Shown in pieces: positions 34,687 through 43,105 of a stretch of 64,000 nt of DNA. How positions within the stretch are numbered: the stretch's first letter is position 1; each line of letters starts with the position of its first letter. The DNA is from Candidatus Woesearchaeota archaeon (GTDB lineage: Archaea > Nanobdellota > Nanobdellia > Pacearchaeales > GW2011-AR1). A model generated the notes under the pieces. That model was not told the DNA's origin, did not search any database, and was given only the letters and a program-made list of their open reading frames with translations. Location of the stretch: contig CAZNUV010000005.1 of assembly GCA_964576755.1 (NCBI GenBank), forward strand, positions 2,762 through 66,761, given 5' to 3'. The position numbers and the translations under genes are program-made.

Positions 34687-36762
34687 ATGGTTTCAAAAAT
34701 AAGAAAAAGAGATGGAGATATAGTTCCATTTAATAAAGAGAAAATCTTTAATGCAGTTTGGAAAGCTGCAAAAGCTGTTGGAGGCCATGATGAAGCAAAA
34801 GCAAGACATGTTGCAGAGATTATTATTGAAGAAATTGGGAAAAAATATGGAGAACATGGAATTCCTCGTGTAGAGGATGTTCAGGATACTGTTGAGAGTG
34901 TTTTAATTAAACAAGGCCATGATCAAACTGCAAAAGCATATATTTTATACAGAAAAAGTCATGAAGAACTTAGAAATGTTAAAGGTTTGTTTGATACTAT
35001 CGAGGCTGTAGAAGATTATATTGGTTTAAATGACTGGATGGTTAAAGAAAATTCTAATATGGGGTTTTCACTCCAAGGATTAAATAATTATATTGCTACA
35101 AAAATAATTACTAACTATTGGATGAGAAGAGTTTACCCAGAAGTAATAAGAAAGGTACACGAGTCTGGAGATTTACATATTCATGATTTGGGAACACTTG
35201 GAGCATACTGTGTGGGATGGGATTTAAAGGACTTACTTTCAATTGGATTTAAAGGAGTAAAAGGAAAAGTTGAATCCAAACCTGCAAAACATTTGAGAAC
35301 TGCTTTAATGCAGATAGTTAACTTTTTTTATACATTACAAGGAGAAACTGCAGGAGCACAAGCATTTTCAAATTTTGATACTCTTTTGGCCCCCTTTGTA
35401 AAATATGATAATCTTTCTTATGAAGAAGTTAAACAGGCAATGCAAGAATTTATTTTTAATTTAGCAGTTCCTACTCGTGTAGGTTTTCAAACTCCTTTTA
35501 CAAATATAACTATGGATTTGAAAGTTCCAAGTTATATGAAAGATGAACCAGTTATTATTGGTGGACAACCTCAAAAAGAAACTTATAAGGAATTTCAAAA
35601 AGAAGTTGAGATGATTAATAAAGCATTTGCAGAAGTCATGCTTGAAGGTGATGCTTCTGGAAGAGTTTTTACATTTCCAATACCTACCTATAATATTACT
35701 AAGGATTTTGATTGGGATAATCCAACCTATGATTTAATTTGGGAAATGGCAGCCAAGTATGGTATACCTTATTTTTCAAATTTTATTAATTCAGATATGA
35801 ATCCTGAAGATGCTCGTTCAATGTGTTGTCGTTTAAGATTAGACCAAACAGAATTAAGAAAACGTGGAGGAGGTTTATTTGGAGCTAATCCTCAAACAGG
35901 AAGTGTTGGTGTTGTTACAATCAACATGCCTAGACTTGGTTTTGTTGCATTAGATGAAGAAGATTATTTTACAAGATTAGACAGATTAATGGAACTTGCA
36001 AAAGAGAGTTTAGAAATTAAAAGAAAAGCATTGGAAAAATTTACTTTAACTGGATTGTATCCTTATTCTAAATTTTATTTAAGAATGGTTTATGAAAGAT
36101 TTGAGCATTATTGGAAAAATCATTTTTCTACAATTGGTTTACTGGGTTTAAATGAATCAATAATGAATTTTCTTTCTGGAGAAAATATTACAACCCCCAA
36201 GGGAAAAGAATTTGGCCTTAAAGTTTTAGAGTTTATGAGGGAAAAATTAGAACAATATCAAAATGAAACTGGAAATATTTATAATTTAGAAGCAACTCCT
36301 GGAGAGGGCACTACCTATAGATTTGCAAGGTTGGATAAAAAACGTTTTCCAAAAATTATTGTTGCAAATGAAAATGGGTTAACTACAGTTAATGCTAAAC
36401 CCTATTACACCAATTCAAGTCAATTACCAGTTAATTTTACAGATGATCTATTTGAAGCATTAGAACTTCAAGATGATTTTCAAACAAAATATACTGGAGG
36501 AACTGTATTTCATGCCTTTGTTGGTGAAAAATTGGACAAATCTGGAGTTAAGATTTTGGTAAAAAAAATTGCAGAACAATTTCATATGCCTTATTTTACT
36601 TTAACTCCAACATTTTCAATATGTCCGATTCACGGATATATTGCAGGAGACTGGAAGTATTGTCCTAAATGTGATAAAGAAAATGGTTATTCTGAAGAAA
36701 ATGATAACACAAGAATTGAAACTTTAAATGAAATTAAACAATTAAAAAAAGAGGAAAATTAA
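34687..36762 (+). CDS. nrdD: Anaerobic (class III) ribonucleoside-triphosphate reductase, large polypeptide without the glycyl-radical motif
   Basis: N-terminal ATP-cone (KIRKRDGDIVPFNKEKI), the NrdD core (NLEATPGEG, the active-site loop SMCCRLRL), and C-terminal Zn site residues CPIH...CPKC. The ORF stops before any RxxGY motif. Confidence 0.92.
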   Translation: MVSKIRKRDGDIVPFNKEKIFNAVWKAAKAVGGHDEAKARHVAEIIIEEIGKKYGEHGIPRVEDVQDTVESVLIKQGHDQTAKAYILYRKSHEELRNVKGLFDTIEAVEDYIGLNDWMVKENSNMGFSLQGLNNYIATKIITNYWMRRVYPEVIRKVHESGDLHIHDLGTLGAYCVGWDLKDLLSIGFKGVKGKVESKPAKHLRTALMQIVNFFYTLQGETAGAQAFSNFDTLLAPFVKYDNLSYEEVKQAMQEFIFNLAVPTRVGFQTPFTNITMDLKVPSYMKDEPVIIGGQPQKETYKEFQKEVEMINKAFAEVMLEGDASGRVFTFPIPTYNITKDFDWDNPTYDLIWEMAAKYGIPYFSNFINSDMNPEDARSMCCRLRLDQTELRKRGGGLFGANPQTGSVGVVTINMPRLGFVALDEEDYFTRLDRLMELAKESLEIKRKALEKFTLTGLYPYSKFYLRMVYERFEHYWKNHFSTIGLLGLNESIMNFLSGENITTPKGKEFGLKVLEFMREKLEQYQNETGNIYNLEATPGEGTTYRFARLDKKRFPKIIVANENGLTTVNAKPYYTNSSQLPVNFTDDLFEALELQDDFQTKYTGGTVFHAFVGEKLDKSGVKILVKKIAEQFHMPYFTLTPTFSICPIHGYIAGDWKYCPKCDKENGYSEENDNTRIETLNEIKQLKKEEN

Positions 36763-36772
36763 AGGAGGTTAA

Positions 36773-36892
36773 ATGGAAAGAACTAGATGTGAAAGATACA
36801 GCCGGGTTTGTGGATATCTTAGACCTGTTGAGCAATGGAATGAAGGAAAAGAAGCAGAGTTTAATGATAGAAAGACATTTAAGATGAACTAA
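36773..36892 (+). CDS. Stand-alone 39-aa NrdD glycyl-radical domain
   Basis: MERTRCERYSRVCGYLRPVEQWNEGKEAEFNDRKTFKMN carries the class III RNR glycyl-radical signature (YSRVxGY.RPV..WN.GK..EF.DRK). It is in a different frame from nrdD, has an in-frame TAA directly upstream, and a strong SD (AAGGAGGT) 4 nt before the ATG. Confidence 0.75.
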   Translation: MERTRCERYSRVCGYLRPVEQWNEGKEAEFNDRKTFKMN

Positions 36893-36909
36893 TTAGGGGA
36901 TTTATAAAA

Positions 36910-37626
36910 ATGAGAATAAAAGGATTGCAAAAATTAACTTTAATAGACTATCCTGGGAAAATTGCTTGCACTATTTTTTTACAAGGTTGCAATTTTAAAT
37001 GTGGTTTCTGCCATAATCCTGAACTTGTTTTAGAATCTTTTATAGATAAAAATAAGGAAATAGATTCAGAGGAGATTTTAGAATTTTTAAAAAAAAGAAA
37101 AAAGTATCTTGAAGCAGTTTGTATTACTGGAGGAGAACCATTAATAAGTTTGGATATAGATTTTTTAAATAAAATTAAAGATTTAGGATATTTAATAAAA
37201 ATTGATACTAATGGTTGTTTTCCAGAAAGATTACAAGAGATTATTAATTTAGGGTTAGTCGATTTTGTTTCTATGGATATTAAATCTAGTAAAGAGAATT
37301 ACCCTAGATTAACTGGAGTTTTAAATCCTGATTTTGAAAAAATAGAAAAATCAATAAAAATAATCTCTAAACTTCCAGAACATGAATTTAGAACAACTAT
37401 TTTAGAGGAGTTTCATTCTAGAAAAGATATTGGAGATTTAATTGATTGGATTTCTAAAATCGTTGAAAAGGGTAAAATCCAGAAGTTTGTCTTTCAAGGA
37501 TTTAAAAATAATGGAAAATTTATTGATAGTCGTTTTTCAAAATATACTAATACATCAGAGAAATATTTATTAGACCTAAAAGAATTGACTAATCATCTAA
37601 TCAATAAAGTAGAGGTAAGAGTTTAA
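36910..37626 (+). CDS. nrdG: Anaerobic RNR activating enzyme (radical SAM)
   Basis: SLIDYPGK-type N-terminus (TLIDYPGKIACTIF) and the radical-SAM cluster motif CNFKCGFCHN, plus GGEPL. Confidence 0.88.
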   Translation: MRIKGLQKLTLIDYPGKIACTIFLQGCNFKCGFCHNPELVLESFIDKNKEIDSEEILEFLKKRKKYLEAVCITGGEPLISLDIDFLNKIKDLGYLIKIDTNGCFPERLQEIINLGLVDFVSMDIKSSKENYPRLTGVLNPDFEKIEKSIKIISKLPEHEFRTTILEEFHSRKDIGDLIDWISKIVEKGKIQKFVFQGFKNNGKFIDSRFSKYTNTSEKYLLDLKELTNHLINKVEVRV

Positions 37627-38669
37627 TGATAATAGGTTTAACAGGAAGTTTAAGTGCTGGGAAGGGATTAGTTTCTGATTTCTTAAAACAAAAAGGTTTT
37701 GTTTATCTTTCCCTATCTAATGAATTAAGAGAGATATTAAAAGAGAATAAAATAACTCTCACTAGAGAAAACCTACAAAATTTTGGAAATAAATTAAGAG
37801 AAGAAAAAGGTTCTGGGGTTCTTGCAAAGATTGTTGTTGAAAAAATCAAAAATCAAAAATATGTTAATGCTATTGTGGATGGTATTAGAAATCCTGCTGA
37901 AGTGATTATCCTAAGACAACTAAAAAACTTTTTTCTTATTTCTGTAGATGCTCCTCAAGAAATTAGATTTAAAAGAATGGTTTCTCGTAATCGGGAAAGT
38001 GACCCGGTTACATGGGAAGATTTTTTAAAAGTAGATGCTCGTGATAAGGGTCTTGGTGAATCTGAAACTGGTCAAGGTGTAGGAAAATGTATGGAACTTG
38101 CGGATTTTACTTTAATTAATGATTCTAGTTTAGAAAAAGTTCAAGAAAAAGTAGAAAATTTGTATAAAGAAATTAAAGGAAAACTACCTAGGATAAGTTG
38201 GGATGAATATTTTATGGGTGTTGCTCTACTGTCTTCTAAAAGAAGCAAAGACCCGTCTACACAAGTTGGTGCTTGTATTGTTGATAAAAATAAAAAAATA
38301 GTTGGAACAGGTTATAATGGAGCTCCGAGAGGTATTCCTGATAATGAATTCCCTTGGCAAAGAGAAGGAGATTATTTAGAAACAAAATATGCTTATGTTT
38401 GCCATGCAGAACTTAATGCAATCTTGAATTCAACGAAAGAAAGTTTAGAAGGATGTACTCTTTATTGCACTCTTTTTCCATGTAATGAATGTGCAAAGGC
38501 AATCATTCAATCTGGAATAAAAAAAGTATTTTTTTTATCTAATAAATATAAGGATGACCCTTCTTGTATTGCTTCTAAAAAAATGTTATTTAGGGTTGGT
38601 ATTGAATTAGAAGAATTAAGCCCAGAAACAGATTTTATCTCTCTTGATTTTAGTGAGGCAAAAAAATAG
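37626..38669 (+). CDS. Fusion protein: P-loop nucleotide-kinase-like domain + dCMP deaminase
   Basis: N-terminal P-loop GLTGSLSAGKG with an adenylate/dNMP-kinase-like layout. The C-terminal half has CMP/dCMP deaminase zinc motifs (CHAELNA and PCNECAKAI). Confidence 0.8.
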   Translation: MIIGLTGSLSAGKGLVSDFLKQKGFVYLSLSNELREILKENKITLTRENLQNFGNKLREEKGSGVLAKIVVEKIKNQKYVNAIVDGIRNPAEVIILRQLKNFFLISVDAPQEIRFKRMVSRNRESDPVTWEDFLKVDARDKGLGESETGQGVGKCMELADFTLINDSSLEKVQEKVENLYKEIKGKLPRISWDEYFMGVALLSSKRSKDPSTQVGACIVDKNKKIVGTGYNGAPRGIPDNEFPWQREGDYLETKYAYVCHAELNAILNSTKESLEGCTLYCTLFPCNECAKAIIQSGIKKVFFLSNKYKDDPSCIASKKMLFRVGIELEELSPETDFISLDFSEAKK

Positions 38670-38724
38670 ATTAAAAAGCTTTTTAAACTAAAAATAGTTC
38701 TCTAAATCATGGCTGTTAGTCGAT

Positions 38725-38799
38725 GGCTCTGTAGCTCAGCCTGGTTAGAGCACTGGACTTTTAATCCAGGTGTCGGGGGTTCAAATCCCTCCAGGGCCA
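38725..38799 (+). tRNA. tRNA-Lys (TTT)
   Basis: Acceptor GGCTCTG/CAGGGCC, D-arm GCTC-AGCCTGGTTA-GAGC, anticodon stem CTGGA/TCCAG with loop CTTTTAA, T-arm GGGGG-TTCAAAT-CCCTC. Confidence 0.88.
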
Positions 38800-38875
38800 T
38801 TTTAATTTGAACATGTTTTGGATATTTCTTTTTCATCACAACAATTATTAAAAATGTTGAATAATTTTTAACAGA

Positions 38876-39517
38876 ATGATTTATATTTATACTGGGTGCA
38901 TGGCTAGTGGAAAAACAGAAAACGCTATTGATAAGATACTCAGTTTTAAAGAACCATTTATTGTTTTTCAACCCTCTAATAATCTTAGAGATAAAGGTTT
39001 TGCAAAATCAAGAACTGGGAAATCGCTTCCTGCAACACGTGTAAATCCTCATGAGGATTTTTTAAAAATTATTGCTGAGAAATCTAAGGGATATGATATT
39101 ATTGGTATTGAAGAGTTATTCTTTTTTCAAAAAGATAGAAAAAAATTCATTGAATTTATTTTAAAATCTAGTAAAAAAAAGGAGATTGTTCTTCCCTTGC
39201 CAGACTATTATTTTAATGGAGAATCAATTGAACTTTTAGAATTATTAAGGCCCTATTCTATTGTTCATACAGGGGAATCAGGACTATGTGAAGAATGTGG
39301 ATGTCTTGCAACTCGGAGCCAGAGATTATATAAAGGAAAGCCAGAATTTTTTGATGCTGAGAAGGTTGTTCCTGAATCTCCAAAAGGTACAAAAAGTCCT
39401 TTTTCATATTTTCCGGTCTGTTTTAAACATTGGCAAGTTTTACCTCCAAAAGAAGACAGATTATATCCTAAATACATTAAAAACTACTTGAATATAAAAA
39501 ATTTGAAATTTAGTTGA
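38876..39517 (+). CDS. tdk: Thymidine kinase (TK1-type)
   Basis: P-loop YTGCMASGKTE, Walker B-like IGIEELFFF, and a C-terminal zinc motif (CEECG...CFKH). Confidence 0.78.
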   Translation: MIYIYTGCMASGKTENAIDKILSFKEPFIVFQPSNNLRDKGFAKSRTGKSLPATRVNPHEDFLKIIAEKSKGYDIIGIEELFFFQKDRKKFIEFILKSSKKKEIVLPLPDYYFNGESIELLELLRPYSIVHTGESGLCEECGCLATRSQRLYKGKPEFFDAEKVVPESPKGTKSPFSYFPVCFKHWQVLPPKEDRLYPKYIKNYLNIKNLKFS

Positions 39518-39635
39518 TTTCTTGTATTTTTTCTAAACTTTCCTTTAACAGAAACATTTTTAAAGCCAATTTTGGTTATTTTTGTTATCTAAAAGTTGTA
39601 TCCTTTATTTTGAACTATAAAAAACACCTAAAAAA

Positions 39636-39842
39636 ATGCACGTCCTTCAATCTAAAAATTCTAAACTAAAAAAAGAAGATGTTGATAAACTATTAACTGA
39701 ATTTAATATTTCTTTAACCCAATTGCCAAAAATTTCTAAAAAAGACCCCCTTATAGAAGGAAATTTTGAAGTTGGAGAGGTTGTAAAATTTGAAAGAAAA
39801 TCTGAAGAGGGGGTAGAGGAATATTTCCGAGTAGTGGTTTAA
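39636..39842 (+). CDS. rpoH: RNA polymerase subunit H (Rpb5 homologue)
   Basis: HVLQSKNSKLKKEDVDKLL...LTQLPKISKKDPL...GEVVKFERKSE...YFRVVV matches the RpoH pattern. Immediately precedes rpoB. Confidence 0.85.
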   Translation: MHVLQSKNSKLKKEDVDKLLTEFNISLTQLPKISKKDPLIEGNFEVGEVVKFERKSEEGVEEYFRVVV

Positions 39843-42800
39843 TGGCAAAACATGTTCTAGTAAAAGAATATCTTAAGAACCATTCTATTGTAGAATCAAA
39901 TATAATTTCTTTTAATAATTTTATTGAGACAAGAATGCAAGAAATTGTTTCTGAACTTTCTGAAAATATTTCTTCTGATGACTTTGAAATAAGTCTTGGA
40001 AAAATTCAAGTAGAAAGACCAAACATTATTGAAGCAGATGGTAGTTCAAAGCTTATTACTCCTGCAGAAGCTAGGTTAAGAAATCTTACTTATTCAGCTC
40101 CAATTAAAGTTGAAATAAATGTAAAATATGAGGGTCAAGTAGAATCTTCAGAAGTTCAATTAGGAAGAATACCAATTATTGTAAAAAGTAAAGTTTGTAA
40201 TTTACATGGTTTAAATCAAGAAGAATTAATAGAGAAATACATTGATCCAAAAGATCCTGGCGGATATTTTATTATAAATGGGAATGAAAGAGTTATTGTT
40301 ATGGCTGAGGATTTAGCATCTAATCAAACTTTTATTGAGACCCCTAAAGGAAAACTTTCCTTAAGATTATTTTCTCAAAGAGGTGCATATAAAATTCCTA
40401 TATCTTTATCTGAAAGTAGTGAGGGTGTTCTTGAATTAAATTTTTCCCGTTTTAAAAGTATTCCGGTTATTGTATTGTTAAAGGCATTGGGGTTAACTTC
40501 TGATGCAGAAATATCTAAATTAGTTGGAAAACAAACAGATAGTTTAATTGTCAACCTATACGATTTTATTGATATTAAAGACTCTGAAGAAGCTCTAATG
40601 AGTATTGCTGAGAAAACTTCTTTGCAAGGAACAAAAAAAGAAGTTTTAGAAAGAGTTAAACAGAGAATTGATTCTTATTTTTTACCACATATTGGAATAA
40701 AAAAACAATCTAGAATAGAAAAAGCAAGAACTTTATGTAAGTTTGTAAAACAATATTTTATTGCTAAAGAAAATACAGAAGAAACATTAACGGATAAAGA
40801 TCATTATGCTAATAAAAGAATAAGACTTTCTGGAGATTTACTTGCAGATTTGTTTAGAGTTAATTTAAATATATTTTTGAGAGAAATACAACACTCTCTT
40901 CAAAAAACAGTAAAAAGAAAAAGATTTTATTCCATAAAGTCAATTGCAAAATCTAGTTTATTTTCTCATAGAATTGAAAGTGCAATTGCAACTGGTTCGT
41001 GGATTGGTGAAAGAACCGGGGTTACACAAAATATGCAGAAAACAAATTATTTAGATATGTTATCTCAGTTACAGAGGGTTGTTTCTAATCTTCCAGGAGA
41101 ACAAGAAAATTTTGCAGCAAGAACATTACATCCAACACACTATGGTAGATTTTGTCCTGTAGAAACTCCTGAAGGTACTGAAATTGGTTTAAGAAAGAAT
41201 CTTGCAATGCTTGCAAAAATTTCAACTAGATGTCCTGTTGAAAATGAAAAAATTATGAAAGTTTTATATTCAGAGGGAGTTAAGGAGAGTAAAGAGGGAG
41301 AGGTTACAGAAGATCAAATTGATGTTTTTTATAATGGTCATTTTGTAGGTTTTGTTTCAGATGGTCTAGATTTTGTAAAGAACTTAAGAGAAAAAAGAAG
41401 AATAACTGAATTACCTGAAGAAATGAGTATAAGATTCTATAAATTATTAGGAACAGTATTTTTATCTACAGAGGTTGGTAGAGTTTTGAGACCAATTATA
41501 ATTGTAGATAATGGTAAACCTAGATTAAAACAAGAACACATTAAATTAGTTGAAGAAGGAAAACTTTCTTGGGCAGATTTAATCAAAAACGGTGTAATTG
41601 AATATCTTGATGCCGCTGAAGAAGAGGATGCATTAGTGGCAATATATGAAAAAGAGCTAACAGAAGAACATACTCATTTAGAAATAGATCCTATTGACTG
41701 TTTAGGAATTGTAACTTCTTTAGTTCCATATGGAAATCATGATCAGTCTGCTAGACTTATGAGGGGAAGTAAAACACAGAAACAATCTCTGGGAATATAT
41801 GCTGCAAATTTTCCAGTAAGAATTGATACAGATGTTTCTATATTACATTATCCTCAAAAACCAATTGTGAGAAGTTTTGTCTATGATACCTTAGATATTT
41901 ATCCTGCAGGACAAAATATTATTGTAGCAATCATGCCTTATGAAGGATATAATATGGAAGATGCGGTTGTACTGAATCAAGCATCTGTTGATAGGGGATT
42001 TGGACGTTCAACTTATTTTAGACCCTATACTTCTGTTGAATTAAATTATGCGGGTGGATTAAAAGATGAAATTTGTGTTCCTGAAAAAGATGTTTCAGGA
42101 TATAGATTAGAAGAAAGTTATAGGCATTTAGAAGACGATGGAGTAGTTTATCCAGAAGCAAGTTTAGATGAAAGTGAAGTAATTATAGGAAAAGTTTCAC
42201 CCCCAAAATTCTTATCTGAAGCAAGAGATATGTTTGTACAGACAAGAAAGGAAAATTCTTCCACCATGAGACAAGAAGAAAAAGGAGTTGTAGATGGTGT
42301 TTTTATTACTCAAGATAATGAGGGAAACAGGATATTTCAAGTTAGAATGAGAGATGAAAGAATCCCAGAGTTAGGAGATAAATTTTCAACACCTCATGGA
42401 CAGAAAGGAGTAGTTGGATTTATTGTGCCTGAAGAGGATATCCCATTTACCTCAAGAGGAATAAGACCAGATTTAATATTCAATCCTCACGGTATTCCTT
42501 CTCGTATGACTGTAGGATATTTATTAGAATTATTGGCTGGAAAAGTAGCTTCTTTATCTGGAACTGTTGTTGATGCATCTAGTTTTGGTGAAAATAATTT
42601 AGAAAATTTAGAAGGGCAATTACAAAATTTAGGATTTAAATATAATGGGAAGGAGATAATGTATAATGGTATTACGGGTAAAAAAATGCCAATGAAAATT
42701 TATATTGGAAACATGTATTATTTGAAATTAAAGTATATGGTTTCAAATAAGATGCATGCCCGTGCATCTGGTAAAATTGCAATGCTTACAAGACAACCTG

Positions 42801-43105
42801 TTGAAGGTCGTTCTCGTGGTGGTGCATTAAGATTAGGAGAAATGGAACAACAAGCTTTAGTTGCACATGGAGCTTCATTGTTATTAAAAGAAAGATATGA
42901 TTCTGATAAAGTTGTAATTCACATCTGTTCAAAATGCGGCGCAATTGCAATTGATGATGCAATTCGTGGAAAGTTGTCTTGTGGATTATGTGGTAGCAAT
43001 ATTGTTGAACCAGTTGAAATGTCTTATGCATTTAAACTATTATTAGAAGAACTTCAAGGACTTCATATTTTAACTAAATTTAATTTAAAAAATAAATATG
43101 AATAA
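39842..43105 (+). CDS. rpoB: RNA polymerase subunit B (unsplit)
   Basis: 1087 aa with universal beta/Rpb2 motifs (GYNMEDA, KFSTPHGQKGVVG, GEMEQQAL) and a C-terminal Zn ribbon (CSKCG...CGLCG). Confidence 0.95.
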   Translation: MAKHVLVKEYLKNHSIVESNIISFNNFIETRMQEIVSELSENISSDDFEISLGKIQVERPNIIEADGSSKLITPAEARLRNLTYSAPIKVEINVKYEGQVESSEVQLGRIPIIVKSKVCNLHGLNQEELIEKYIDPKDPGGYFIINGNERVIVMAEDLASNQTFIETPKGKLSLRLFSQRGAYKIPISLSESSEGVLELNFSRFKSIPVIVLLKALGLTSDAEISKLVGKQTDSLIVNLYDFIDIKDSEEALMSIAEKTSLQGTKKEVLERVKQRIDSYFLPHIGIKKQSRIEKARTLCKFVKQYFIAKENTEETLTDKDHYANKRIRLSGDLLADLFRVNLNIFLREIQHSLQKTVKRKRFYSIKSIAKSSLFSHRIESAIATGSWIGERTGVTQNMQKTNYLDMLSQLQRVVSNLPGEQENFAARTLHPTHYGRFCPVETPEGTEIGLRKNLAMLAKISTRCPVENEKIMKVLYSEGVKESKEGEVTEDQIDVFYNGHFVGFVSDGLDFVKNLREKRRITELPEEMSIRFYKLLGTVFLSTEVGRVLRPIIIVDNGKPRLKQEHIKLVEEGKLSWADLIKNGVIEYLDAAEEEDALVAIYEKELTEEHTHLEIDPIDCLGIVTSLVPYGNHDQSARLMRGSKTQKQSLGIYAANFPVRIDTDVSILHYPQKPIVRSFVYDTLDIYPAGQNIIVAIMPYEGYNMEDAVVLNQASVDRGFGRSTYFRPYTSVELNYAGGLKDEICVPEKDVSGYRLEESYRHLEDDGVVYPEASLDESEVIIGKVSPPKFLSEARDMFVQTRKENSSTMRQEEKGVVDGVFITQDNEGNRIFQVRMRDERIPELGDKFSTPHGQKGVVGFIVPEEDIPFTSRGIRPDLIFNPHGIPSRMTVGYLLELLAGKVASLSGTVVDASSFGENNLENLEGQLQNLGFKYNGKEIMYNGITGKKMPMKIYIGNMYYLKLKYMVSNKMHARASGKIAMLTRQPVEGRSRGGALRLGEMEQQALVAHGASLLLKERYDSDKVVIHICSKCGAIAIDDAIRGKLSCGLCGSNIVEPVEMSYAFKLLLEELQGLHILTKFNLKNKYE

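Noticed and set aside
38702-38971. An 89-aa minus-strand ORF in the six-frame track.
   Set aside because: It runs antisense across tRNA-Lys (38725..38799) and the start of tdk. Its 'protein' includes the reverse-translated tRNA, so it is spurious.
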